Part shown: piece after piece, positions 7,950-17,284 of the stretch
How positions within the stretch are numbered: position 1 is the first letter of the stretch
Layout of the letters: every line of letters begins with the position of its first letter
Assembly (NCBI GenBank): GCA_027492205.1
Contig: JAOZFN010000004.1
Location: 1-18,573 of the forward strand
Source of the DNA: Thermoproteota archaeon
Lineage (GTDB): Archaea; Korarchaeota; Korarchaeia; Korarchaeales; Korarchaeaceae
DNA: 18,573 nucleotides
Direction of reading: 5' to 3'
Program-made: the position numbers and the translations under genes
The notes under the pieces: model-generated
What the model saw: the letters and a program-made list of their open reading frames with translations, nothing else
Databases searched by the model: none
Told to the model about the DNA's origin: nothing

Positions 7950-8009
7950 GAGGAGGCGTTGGCGGAACCCCCCTCGCGCGCGAGGGGGTGACCGCCTCAC
8001 CTGATCAAC

Positions 8010-8518
8010 TCACCCACCCTCTCCGCTCACTATCCTCTCGTAGAGGTCCTCGCCTATCCAGAAGCCCGATTTCAGGAGTCTGTCCAACTCCCTCCGAAGA
8101 TCCTCGATCATTCCCTCCCGCCTGGCCCTCATCAAGATGCCGACGGTGCCCGTGACCTTGAGACCCAGGCTCCTCGCCACCCTCCTGGCCTCACGCTCGT
8201 CGAGGAGAACCAGATCGGCCCCCTCCTCCAGGGCGAGCACGATGGCCTCCGCCTCGCCCTCGTCCAGCTCCCTCGCCAGGACCTTCCTCAGCCTCTCGTC
8301 CCGAATCTTCAAAACCCTGATCCAGCGAGCCTCGGCTATCCTCCTGGCGTCTTCCCTCTCGCCTCCCTCGATCACGCACTCCCTGTAGACGGCCTCCGGC
8401 ACGAGCACCTCCCCAAAGAGCAGCCTGAGCAGCTCCAGCCTGCCTATCTTGGCTTGGCCAAGTGAATGAGTGGAGAGGAGTCGCTAACGACCCTCGGCGA
8501 ACGCGAGGTCCTCCTCAA
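8010..8518 (-). pseudogene. DUF3368 PIN-domain toxin disrupted by a 5-bp duplication
   Basis: VVSDSSPLIHLAK reads into IGRLELLRLLFGEVLVPEAVYRE only if one CTTGG copy (8448-8457) is removed. LDEGEAEAI, LLDEREAR and GTVGIL motifs follow. Start codon uncertain (TTG at 8518). Confidence 0.85.
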
Positions 8519-8729
8519 GCTCCTCCCCCGAGTAGTGTCTCTCGACGCCCCTCCCGGCGAGCTCCTCTATGAACTCCCACTTCGTCATGCCGGCCAGCTT
8601 CCTCGCCTTTCCCAGCGGGAGGATCCCCCTCTGGTAGAGGGCGACGGCCAGCTCGACCTTCAGGATGCGCTCCCTGTCCCCCTCAGGCAGCCTCATGGCG
8701 GCCAGCACGTCGTCAGGAATAGTTATCAT
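8484..8729 (-). CDS. UPF0175-family antitoxin
   Basis: ELAVALYQRGILPLGKARKLAGMTKWEF...LEEDL. GGGGTGA RBS upstream; overlaps the DUF3368 gene. Confidence 0.88.
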   Translation of the reverse strand: MITIPDDVLAAMRLPEGDRERILKVELAVALYQRGILPLGKARKLAGMTKWEFIEELAGRGVERHYSGEELEEDLAFAEGR

Positions 8730-9219
8730 CGATCTTCACCCCCTCACGGCCCTGATAAACTTTAGTCCGACGGGGTCGGGGGAGATCGTCCGCAGAGCGA
8801 TCGCCGCATCGGGAGAGCGCCGACGCGCGGGACGCTCAAGTCAGGGGTCGAAGACGACTACGGCGGCTTGCAGGGCGATGGTCAGGCGAGGGCAGGGGCC
8901 GGAGGCGGGACCCTCGTCCAGGGGGCAATCCTTCAGGGGCGTTCAGAAAAGGTAACTACGACGCAACATTTGGGCTCTTTTGGGGCAAATTGGAACGAAT
9001 ATTTGAAGTATAGGTACAAGAGCATTCCTGTTCACAAATTGCCATTTAGGAGGTCGCAAAAAGATTTATTGTTTTTCCCTATTTTAGATTTTACTCTCAC
9101 CGACCACTTCATCTAACGGCCCTTTGCTTCGAGAGGCCCGGGAGCGTTCTCCCAACCTCGCGCACATGCATGACTTAAATGGATAAGAGTTATTCCCAGC
9201 TGCAGTCGGAGGTAGAACA

Positions 9220-10236
9220 TTGGGCGCTACATCAGGTTTAGGCTACCTTGTCAGGATCATCAGAAGAGGCCTGTGGGACTTACTAGGCGACAGAAACTCT
9301 CCGCTGAGAGAATACTTGCTTCCATCTTTCCTAGATCCACTATCGAGTAACTATATGAACGAGAATGATCTCATAAGGATGCTTTACGATTCACTCAGTA
9401 ACCTGTCCCAGAGGGGCCCCATCCCCCTAGGCTCGGTTGGGGGGTACGACCTCTCGGTACTTGTGAGGTCCTGCATAACCCACAAGAGAATTGTTCACTT
9501 CACTACCAGCTGCTCAAATCCTCCCAGGACAAAACCCGTAGGAGCCGAGACCAGCGATATATCTTTCTTGGTCACGTACAAATACTACAGCCGTTCAGGA
9601 GAGTACGATCTGTCTGAGAAAGTGACCTTCATCCAGCTCAAGGTCGGGAGGCCCGGGCAGCAAGCTCTTGGTATGTGGGACATAAAGTTGAATCAACTCA
9701 TTTTGATGACGGAGTGGCCCGTCTTCTTATATGGTAGGGCATGCTATGACCCAAAAGAGTGCAGACTCTCTCCGGACTTGTGCTCCTTCTATCTACTTCT
9801 TCGGTCCGGAAGTGAATACACTGAGAGGCTCTGCTCCTACCGGGGGCTGAGAGGAAATCAGCAGCTCCAAGGAGCTCCGTGCATGCTCAGGAAAACGAGA
9901 GATTTGGCGGTATCAGCCATTTTAGTTCGAGGGTGGATAGAGTCTGCCGATGGGAAAAATCTACAAAAGATATTCTGTGACGGCGCAGATTTCAGAAAAT
10001 TCTCACCCTTCGGCTCACCAGAATTCGGTCCTCTTAGCTTAATCCAGAACGTGATATGGCAGTATATTGGAGTGTCATGCGAGGAGACCTCTAGATTTCT
10101 CAAGAAGATATTTCCAGAGCTCTTCAATGATTTCTACTCCGAGGCAAATGGGGGAACGAGCGACGGCTACAGATGGAAAGATGTAGGTTACTCGCTTGGC
10201 GTTCACATCATCCTGAAGCTCAAGAGACTCGAGTAG
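9220..10236 (+). CDS. Hypothetical protein, putative PD-(D/E)XK-like nuclease
   Basis: GGAGGT RBS and TTG start, lower GC than host genes. Motif AETSDISFLV...VTFIQLK resembles the E..D...QxK variant. Confidence 0.55.
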   Translation: MGATSGLGYLVRIIRRGLWDLLGDRNSPLREYLLPSFLDPLSSNYMNENDLIRMLYDSLSNLSQRGPIPLGSVGGYDLSVLVRSCITHKRIVHFTTSCSNPPRTKPVGAETSDISFLVTYKYYSRSGEYDLSEKVTFIQLKVGRPGQQALGMWDIKLNQLILMTEWPVFLYGRACYDPKECRLSPDLCSFYLLLRSGSEYTERLCSYRGLRGNQQLQGAPCMLRKTRDLAVSAILVRGWIESADGKNLQKIFCDGADFRKFSPFGSPEFGPLSLIQNVIWQYIGVSCEETSRFLKKIFPELFNDFYSEANGGTSDGYRWKDVGYSLGVHIILKLKRLE

Positions 10237-10449
10237 CTAGCTTATGCGTAGAGAACACGCCACATCCCCCTCCTAATTCCTACTAGTGCAGGACTCTCTT
10301 GGGAGATAAAGGAGTCTCCTCACATTCTCGAGGGAGCCTCTGGCTAAGTAACCTGCCGCGGGCAGGTGGGACACCAACGAATCTGGCGGGGCGAGAAGAA
10401 TTAAAGGCGCATCGAGCGAGCCAACCTTTGTGCAGCCTGCGATGATCTG

Positions 10450-11355
10450 TCAGAGCACCCCGAGTTCAGTCTCCAGCTCCTTGACCGCGCTCTTGGCCTC
10501 GTAGAACCTCCTGACCCTCTCCCACGGGATCAGCCTGAGGGCGTCGGCGATCTCGTGGAAAGAGCCCTCGACCCACCTCCTAGCCTCGTCGAGAAGCTCC
10601 GCGGTCGTGACTAGCACCGGAATGGAGTTCCAGATGTCGAAGGCGTGCTTCAGCTTGGACAGGTCCTTGAACAGGTCTCCCCCCAGGCATACCTCCCAGG
10701 CGACGTAGGGCACGCTCCTGGCCGTCCTCCTCCACACCACGTCTATCCGGCGGTCCTCTATCGGGTACTCCTTGGCTGGGAACTTCCCCTGCATGAGGCC
10801 TATCTGGTAGATCATCTCCTTGATCGCCTCGTGGTCCGGCCGCCTTGGCCTGACGGGGGTCCTGTTCCTGGCCAAGAACTCGTTCAACGCCGCCTCGAAG
10901 CGGGATATGGGGTAGGTGACCCCCTTACCCTTGGCCTCCCTGAATGTGTAGATGGACCACCTGTCGAACCGCTCCCTCAGGCCGATGAAGCCGAAGGCCG
11001 AGGCCAGCTCCTCCTTGCCGACCGGAGTTATGCCTTCGAGGGCCGAAGGGTCTGAGAGCTCCGAGGGGACCTCTGGCTCCAGCCAGACGAGCAGCGGGTA
11101 GCCGGTCGGAGGGTCCCAGTACCTTATCGGCCTGTTCAGGGCCAGCTCCTTACCTCTAAGCCTGCATAGGGCCCAGGCCCCCCTCTTGCCCCCGTACTCC
11201 CCGTACAGGAGGACCTTGGAGCCCGACGTCAGGGCCTCCCAGCGGGTCCTGTTGACCCTGTTGTCTGGGATGCCCCAGAGGCCCTCCTCGTATATGGAGC
11301 GGAGGTGCGGGTGGGTGAAGCTCCTGACGTTGATAATGGCCGCCTTGGCGGACAT
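10450..11355 (-). CDS. EVE/PUA-like domain fused to a PD-(D/E)XK nuclease (candidate modification-dependent restriction enzyme)
   Basis: N-terminal GLWGI...WEALTSGSKVLLY...YPL is EVE-like. C-terminal HEAIKE...KEY...RIDVVW...AWEV...DLSKL is restriction-endonuclease-like. Confidence 0.75.
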   Translation of the reverse strand: MSAKAAIINVRSFTHPHLRSIYEEGLWGIPDNRVNRTRWEALTSGSKVLLYGEYGGKRGAWALCRLRGKELALNRPIRYWDPPTGYPLLVWLEPEVPSELSDPSALEGITPVGKEELASAFGFIGLRERFDRWSIYTFREAKGKGVTYPISRFEAALNEFLARNRTPVRPRRPDHEAIKEMIYQIGLMQGKFPAKEYPIEDRRIDVVWRRTARSVPYVAWEVCLGGDLFKDLSKLKHAFDIWNSIPVLVTTAELLDEARRWVEGSFHEIADALRLIPWERVRRFYEAKSAVKELETELGVL

Positions 11356-11629
11356 TCGGCAAAGTTATCCCGCCATTCCATAAAATTATTCCATGGCGAT
11401 CCCAATAGAGACTGCTAGATTAACATTCAGAGACCCCCCAAAGGGAGACCCTCAAAGTTTGGGGACGAGAGGTTATCTTGCTCGCATAGGAACTGAGAGA
11501 AAGAAGATCAGAACTGTGTATTTGTTCAACGGCGGAGTTCGTGCGGAATCCATCGCGAGTTCACTCGGGGTTAGGGCAAAGAATTTAGCCTACATCTTTC
11601 CTATCTGCATTCCCTAGGAAGGTGAGGCA

Positions 11630-12064
11630 GTGGCCTGCTGGATTTTTGTGACTGGAGAAAAGAATTGGCCGGTAATTAGAGATAAAGGCGTATACGGGAT
11701 GAGGGAGAAGTGGAAAGGACTCATGCAGAGAGTTAGACCTGGAGATCAGGTGGCCATTTATCTCAAGGCGAGGAGCAAGGACGGCGAGAGAATCCCCGGG
11801 CAGATTGTGGGGATATTCGAGGTCGTCTCAGAGCCCTTTGTGAGTCGAGAGCGCGTCTTTAAAGGGGACATATATCCCTTAAGAGTTAAGTTAAAGTCAG
11901 TTATTTGTCCATCCATCCCAATAGAGTTTAAGGCTTTGGTTACTAAATTAAAATTTGTGAAAAATAAGCAGAAGTTTTCAGGATACTTCCGGCGGGGGAT
12001 CATAGAGATTCCTAAAGAAGATTTCGAAACGATAAAGAAGGAATTAATATCGAAAATCTCATGA
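11630..12064 (+). CDS. EVE-domain protein (UPF0310-like)
   Basis: WIFVT..NW.VI..GVYG, VRPGDQVAIY, IVGIFEVVSEPF, YPLRVKL and EIPKEDFETI. AGGTGA RBS; low GC. Confidence 0.9.
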   Translation: MACWIFVTGEKNWPVIRDKGVYGMREKWKGLMQRVRPGDQVAIYLKARSKDGERIPGQIVGIFEVVSEPFVSRERVFKGDIYPLRVKLKSVICPSIPIEFKALVTKLKFVKNKQKFSGYFRRGIIEIPKEDFETIKKELISKIS

Positions 12065-12571
12065 AGCTCTCTCAGCCACCCGTTTCCAAGCCTCTTCTGG
12101 TAGAAGGTATCTAACTACCTCGACCTCCTCTAGTGGAGTAATCCTCGATGCAGGATCCCGAATCACGTAAAGCTCTGGGTTGGAAGTTGCATTAACAACT
12201 ATGTAAATCCAGTACTTGCCCCTGAATCTTCTGGCCGCAATCCACTCGTTCGGGGTCAGGACGACGCCGCCACGCTCTGCTCTGGTTTTTACCTCAATGT
12301 ACCTCACTTCTCCACCGCCCTCCGATCTCACGTCAAATCCTAGGTTCTCTGATGAGACATCGACTGGCACCCTTCCATTTCTTCTCTCGTACTCCATAAC
12401 AAAGAGCATCCCTAGCCTCTCGATCTCCTCATTCTCCACCATCTCGTCGGGAGATTGGGCCTCTAGCGGCAGCACCGCCGCGACTCCAATGACCTCAGGA
12501 GGCTTTAGCGTAAGCTTTGCCTCCAATCTGATCCTCTGAGCGAGCTCCTCCCTTACCGCCACTCCTGCCAT
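12059..12571 (-). CDS. DUF3883 (NO VEIN C-terminal-like) nuclease domain, probably the 3' fragment of an SNF2 helicase gene
   Basis: EIERLGM..VMEYE, DVS..NLGFDVRS, RYIEVK, LTPNEW and YWIYIV. The preceding LTLKPPEVIGVAAVLP resembles the helicase-to-DUF3883 linker. Confidence 0.85.
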   Translation of the reverse strand: MAGVAVREELAQRIRLEAKLTLKPPEVIGVAAVLPLEAQSPDEMVENEEIERLGMLFVMEYERRNGRVPVDVSSENLGFDVRSEGGGEVRYIEVKTRAERGGVVLTPNEWIAARRFRGKYWIYIVVNATSNPELYVIRDPASRITPLEEVEVVRYLLPEEAWKRVAERAS

Positions 12572-13075
12572 CCCCCTCTTTTCAGGTGCGGCGCTATTAA
12601 CCTTGCACCCGCTAGTGAAGGACCGCGGGCTCCAGCGCGAATTGCCGCGCGTGAAAAGCGTTTACCGGGCTTCCCTATGGGGCCGGAAGTTTCCTCAGCC
12701 GGTTCTTGAGGGAGGGCGCCTACGAGGGGCTTAAAGTCCCGCCCTTCCCTCTTGGCATCGTGGGCTCTGAGTGGCACGCCGCCCCACTTGATGAGGCGGC
12801 TCGGTATCTCCACTTCGAGGCCCTCTCGCCTTCTTGCGTGGCGGCCGCCTCAGGTCTTGGGCCGGCGCCGAATCTTTCGCGCAGAGGGCCCCCCGTGAAA
12901 TAACCTCACAAAACATCCTTTAGCACCTGTCGACGGAGCGTTGGTGTGGGTATACCGACCTCTCACCCGCGCGGTCTGCTGAGACTCGATCCGGGCGGGC
13001 TCTCGCCCACCTCGGTCCTCGGCCGGGCCTTTCAAACCGGCCGCGAATTCGGCTCTGTATCGGAGGGAGGCCTAG

Positions 13076-14452
13076 TTGGGTGAGTTCCTGACCGAGTTCC
13101 TGGAGGCGCTCAGGCGCCGCCTACCCGACCTGAGGGGCGCCTTCCTCCAGACCGACCGCTCCTCGGGCGACCTCGTCGGTCGGTGGTTCAGCGAGCGCTG
13201 GCTCCCCGAGCTTCCCGCGGAGGTCGTCCCGGAGAGGGTCGTGGCGATCGACGCCAGCATGGACACGCGTCAGTACGCGGGCGGGGTAACCGTGATCTAC
13301 GCCCGCGCCCTGGCCATGGAGTTCCGCCCCCTCGACCGGTCCCGCGGGGAGCGCGTTGCCGCCAGGACCTTCGACGTCGTCCCCCACACCGGCCAGTACG
13401 ACGAGGCCAGGAACCTCTCATCCAGGCTCGCGGAGCACCTGGAGCACATGGCCGCCATCCAGGCCATGGAGACACTCGAGCCGGGCGTCCTCCTCCTCGA
13501 CGGCAGCCTGGCGGGGAGGCACATAGCCTCGGTCTTCAACTTCACCCGACACGGCTGGTTCGCCGCGGAGTACGCCCTGGCCTACTCCAGGATGCTAGAG
13601 CTGGCCAGGCTTAGGGGGTGGAGGGTGCTGGCCGTGGCCAAGACCAGTCGGGCCGCGCCCATGAGGGACCTGGCCCTGAGGGAGATCTTCAGCGACCTCA
13701 TGTCCCGCCTCTCGACGCTCGACCCGGCCACAGAGTCGGAGCTGGTGAGGGCCTGGGACCTGGCCGCAAAGGACCCGATGGTCGGGGTGGAGGTCGCCCT
13801 CAACGCCGCGGAGGACAGGCCCGACCTGGCCGCGGATCTAACGGCCCTGGCCCACCTGTTCTACGAGAAGCACCTCCGACACTCGGACGTCGACGTGATC
13901 CGGAGGTACGTGAGGGGCGAGGGTAGAACCCCGGCGATGCTCGTCGGCCCCTACACCGACCCGGTCCGCAAGCAGGTGAACTCGATGAGAGATCACCCCT
14001 TGGACTTCGCCAGGGAGGCGTCCTCGCCCGAGACAGCCAGGAGGGCCCTTGAGGGCGAGAGGGGCGAGGACCTCGAGGAGACAGCCCTCAGGGCTGTCAG
14101 GGAGGCGATCTCACTCCCCACACCAGTGACGGTCTACGCGAGGTTCAGGGAGGGGGACGACCCCATGAAGCTCGAGTTTTCGTGCTGGGAGCTGGGCGTC
14201 GACTTACCGTGGCACGCGGCCCCTCCTGAGCGCCTGGTCGAGCAGGGGAGGGAGGCGGTCGGGAGGCTGGTTGGCGTGGCCAGGGCGGGCTACGCCGGGC
14301 CGAGGTTCCACAACGTGTGGCTCGAGAGGGTGGACAGGCGGGTGAAGCTGAGGGCCGGCACGGTCGAGGCCCTCTACGAGAGGTACCTGTGGAGGGAGCT
14401 CGGAGAGCTAGTCCCTCACTCGAGGGGTGAGAGGCGTGTCTTCGGGATATGA
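13076..14452 (+). CDS. nurA: NurA nuclease
   Basis: VAIDAS, EHLE, LLLDGSL and AVAKTS motifs. GGAGG RBS; directly upstream of herA. Confidence 0.85.
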   Translation: MGEFLTEFLEALRRRLPDLRGAFLQTDRSSGDLVGRWFSERWLPELPAEVVPERVVAIDASMDTRQYAGGVTVIYARALAMEFRPLDRSRGERVAARTFDVVPHTGQYDEARNLSSRLAEHLEHMAAIQAMETLEPGVLLLDGSLAGRHIASVFNFTRHGWFAAEYALAYSRMLELARLRGWRVLAVAKTSRAAPMRDLALREIFSDLMSRLSTLDPATESELVRAWDLAAKDPMVGVEVALNAAEDRPDLAADLTALAHLFYEKHLRHSDVDVIRRYVRGEGRTPAMLVGPYTDPVRKQVNSMRDHPLDFAREASSPETARRALEGERGEDLEETALRAVREAISLPTPVTVYARFREGDDPMKLEFSCWELGVDLPWHAAPPERLVEQGREAVGRLVGVARAGYAGPRFHNVWLERVDRRVKLRAGTVEALYERYLWRELGELVPHSRGERRVFGI

Positions 14453-16109
14453 GGGTGAGCCTGGGTTCAGGTCTGAATTTGGGTCCGGATTCGAATCCGG
14501 GATCGGGATCCCGGGAGAGGAGGTCGGGACCATAGTCGGGGCCGCGAGCCCCATCGAGCTCACGATAGCGTGCGAGGGTCCGCCACCGCCGCTCTGGGAG
14601 TACTTGACGTTCCCGAGCGTGGAGGAGGTGGGATGGGAGGGCGAGCGCAGGCCCGTGCACGTGCTCGCCCAGGTGGCCCTCCCCGTAAGGGAGTCCCTCA
14701 TACTGACCGAGACCACCGACCCGGAGGCCATCAGGAAGATCAGGGACATGGGCGCCGACTCCCCCCTCTCCTACGCCTTCCTCAGGGTGCTGGGCTACGT
14801 CGACCCCGAGCTGGGGGTGGTGAGGTCCCCCAGGAACGCCCCGCAGCCAGGGCTCCCGGTGTACAGGGCTCCCGACGAACTCCTCAGGGAGTTCTACGAG
14901 TTCCCCGAGGAGGAGAGGGTGAGGATAGGCAACCTGGTCACGAGGCGCGGTGTGGCGGTGGACCTGAGCGTCAACGGCTTCAGGCGCCACCTCGCGGTTC
15001 TTGCGGCGACTGGAGCCGGCAAGAGCTACGCCACCGGCCTGATCGTGGAGCAGCTTCTGGAGAAGGGCGCCACGGTCGTGATCATAGACCCCCACGCCGA
15101 CTACGTCTACCTGGGCCTCAGGGAGGTGGAGGGAGGGGGCTACGAGGAGCTGGAGATCGCGGGGAGGGTCACCGTCCTGAAGAACCCCGGCAGCAGCGGA
15201 CGCTACGAGGGGGCCGTCGGGAGTGAGAGAATCCGAGAGTTCACCGTGGCCTTCTCAGAGCTGGACTTCGACTCCATCTGCGAGCTGGCCGGGATCCAGA
15301 CGGGGTGGTCCAAGGTCAGGGCGGCCCTCCTGGAGGCCCTCGACGAGCTGGAGGGGCAGGCCTACACCGTGGAGGACGTCATAGAGAGGCTCAGAGAGAG
15401 GGCCGGGCAGGCGAGGGCGTCAGACGCGCCGCCCATCATCTCGGCGGCGCTGAGGCTGTCAACCCTCCGAGGCCTCAGGCTCTTCGGGTACACGACCACG
15501 GACGTTGTCAGCTACCTGAGGGAGCCCGGCAGGGCCCTCGTGGTGGACCTCTCCGGCGCCACGGACTTCGAGATGGACGTCGCCACGCACCTGATCGTTG
15601 ACTCGGTCTTCAGGGCGAAGGTGAACCGCGAGATCAACTACCCGATCTTCCTCTTCGTGGAGGAGGCCCACAGGGTGATACCGAAGGGCAGGCGAATGCT
15701 CTCATCCTCGTCGATCGTCAAGGTAGCCAGGGAGGGCAGGAAGTTCGGCGTGTTCCTCACGATAATCTCGCAGAGGCCCAGCGCAGTCGACCCGGACGTG
15801 CTCAGCATGTGCCAGAGCATGATCGTCATGAAGACCGTGAACCCCGCGGACCAGCAGGCCATACGCCAGGCGGCTGAGAAGATGAGCGAGGACCTGCTCC
15901 GGGATCTCCCCGGACTCAACGTGGGCGAGGCCGTCGTGGTGGGAGAGATCGTGAGGGCGCCAGCCATAGTCAGGATCTCCGGGAGGAGGAGCGCCGAGGG
16001 CGGGTCGGACATAGACGTCGTTGCCGAGCTGGCCAGGGCCAGGAGGGACGCCCAGGTGACTCCGGAGGACGCTAGCCTTCCCACCGGTGGGGAGGGTTGG
16101 GAACTCTGA
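14436..16109 (+). CDS. herA: HerA helicase/translocase
   Basis: HAS-barrel-like N-terminus, RHLAVLAATGAGKS, IIDPHADY, FVEEAHR, AREGRKFG, SQRPS and LPGLNVGEA. GTG 14436 follows a GGGGTGA RBS (ORF track start is 14427). Confidence 0.93.
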   Translation: MSSGYEGEPGFRSEFGSGFESGIGIPGEEVGTIVGAASPIELTIACEGPPPPLWEYLTFPSVEEVGWEGERRPVHVLAQVALPVRESLILTETTDPEAIRKIRDMGADSPLSYAFLRVLGYVDPELGVVRSPRNAPQPGLPVYRAPDELLREFYEFPEEERVRIGNLVTRRGVAVDLSVNGFRRHLAVLAATGAGKSYATGLIVEQLLEKGATVVIIDPHADYVYLGLREVEGGGYEELEIAGRVTVLKNPGSSGRYEGAVGSERIREFTVAFSELDFDSICELAGIQTGWSKVRAALLEALDELEGQAYTVEDVIERLRERAGQARASDAPPIISAALRLSTLRGLRLFGYTTTDVVSYLREPGRALVVDLSGATDFEMDVATHLIVDSVFRAKVNREINYPIFLFVEEAHRVIPKGRRMLSSSSIVKVAREGRKFGVFLTIISQRPSAVDPDVLSMCQSMIVMKTVNPADQQAIRQAAEKMSEDLLRDLPGLNVGEAVVVGEIVRAPAIVRISGRRSAEGGSDIDVVAELARARRDAQVTPEDASLPTGGEGWEL

Positions 16110-16122
16110 CGGGGGTGAGGGC

Positions 16123-17283
16123 TTGAGCGTCAGGATCGTGGGGGTCGAGGCTCACCTGGACCCCTACTTCTCCTGGCTCCCTCCCAGCAGGGCCAGCGAT
16201 AGGCGAGCTGACTTCTTCAGGGTGTTCGAGGAGGCCGTGGAGTACGCGGTGAGGGAGGGGGCGCACCTGTTCCTCCTCCCCGGCGACGTGTTCGACAGGG
16301 TCAACCCGAGGAACGCGGCCCTGGCCAGGTTCGCGTCCGACCTCGTCAGGCTGAGGGAGAGGGGCGTGAGGGTCTTCGCGGTGCCCGGGCACCACGACAG
16401 GCCCAAGTACGCCAGGGACCCGTCTCCCCTCAGGATATTTCACGAGGCTGGCCTCCTGAAGCTCTTCGACCGACTGGACAGGATCGAGGGCGATTACGTC
16501 GAGGTGGACGGGCTGAGGGTCTGGGTGGGGGGCGTGGGGTACAACCCCTACCTAGAGCCCGGGCAGGACCCGATGGCTGGGCTCCCCTCGAGCGAGCCCG
16601 ACGCCGACCTCGCGGTGCTGATGACCCACAACACGATCAGGGGGTTCCCGGCCTACTCGCCCGGGGACCCGGTGGTCGACCCCGCGAGCATACCCAGGTG
16701 GGTTGACCTCGTCGTCGCCGGGCACCTCCACCAGCACCTTGTCAGGAGGGTAGGGGGCACCACCATATGCTACGTGGGAACCGCGGAGAGGCTCAGCTTC
16801 GCCGAGGAGGATCAGGATAAGGGGTTCACCGTCATAGAGGCTGGCAGGGATGAGATAAGGGTCGAGCAGGTCAGGACGAGCGCCAGGCCGATGAAGACGC
16901 TTCGAGTCCCGGTGCCGGAGGAGGGGGACCTCACGGAGCTGATCCTGGGCGAGCTGGAGCGGGCGGCCCAGGCCACACCGAGAGACGCTCTGGTCAGGCT
17001 CAAACTGGAGGGCGCCATGACCCTAGAGGTGCATTCGACCTACAGAAGGTCCGAGATCGTCAGGGCCGGCAACCGGATCTTCTTCGGGGTCAACCTTGAC
17101 GACGGCGACGTGGAGTACGTGGGGTCCTTCGAGGCCCCGCACGTGGAGCTGGAGACTCCTCTCAAAGAGCTGGAGAGGGTGTATCGGGAGAGGCTCTCCT
17201 CCGCCGACGAGGAGGAGCAGGCGATCCTCGAGGAGGCGTATCGCAGGGCGAGGGAGGCCCTGGAGGAGGCGGGAGGGTGGTAG
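16123..17283 (+). CDS. mre11: Mre11/SbcD-like metallophosphoesterase nuclease
   Basis: EAHLD, PGDVFD, PGHHD, MTHN, AGHLH and GTAERLSFAE..KGF motifs. TTG 16123 follows GGGGGTGA; lies between herA and rad50. Confidence 0.9.
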   Translation: MSVRIVGVEAHLDPYFSWLPPSRASDRRADFFRVFEEAVEYAVREGAHLFLLPGDVFDRVNPRNAALARFASDLVRLRERGVRVFAVPGHHDRPKYARDPSPLRIFHEAGLLKLFDRLDRIEGDYVEVDGLRVWVGGVGYNPYLEPGQDPMAGLPSSEPDADLAVLMTHNTIRGFPAYSPGDPVVDPASIPRWVDLVVAGHLHQHLVRRVGGTTICYVGTAERLSFAEEDQDKGFTVIEAGRDEIRVEQVRTSARPMKTLRVPVPEEGDLTELILGELERAAQATPRDALVRLKLEGAMTLEVHSTYRRSEIVRAGNRIFFGVNLDDGDVEYVGSFEAPHVELETPLKELERVYRERLSSADEEEQAILEEAYRRAREALEEAGGW

Positions 17284-17284
17284 G

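Noticed and set aside
8760-9116. ORFs 8665-8955 and 8868-9116
   Set aside because: They have no RBS or motifs, and the second crosses an abrupt GC-to-AT junction near 8945. More likely rearrangement debris.
12575-12702. Minus-strand CTGAGGAAACTTCCGGCC and GGGTGCAAGG resemble RNase P RNA conserved regions
   Set aside because: There is an extra base in the first motif, the spacing is too short, and no 3' P4 partner (ACAnAA..CCGG) is found. The plus strand reads more like a coding remnant.
12660-12903. Plus-strand ORF fragment (FLSRFLREGAYEGLKV...) and a GAGGGAGGGCG/CGCCCTTCCCTC hairpin
   Set aside because: No credible start or recognisable family, and hairpins are expected at this GC content.
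13660-14110. Large helical insertions in NurA
   Set aside because: Long NurA proteins of about 450 aa with helical insertions are known (for example in Pyrococcus), so this is not unusual by itself.
14480-14505. GGATTCGAATCC resembles a tRNA T-loop or att site
   Set aside because: The T-stem does not pair in register, there are no other tRNA arms, and no integrase is in the window.
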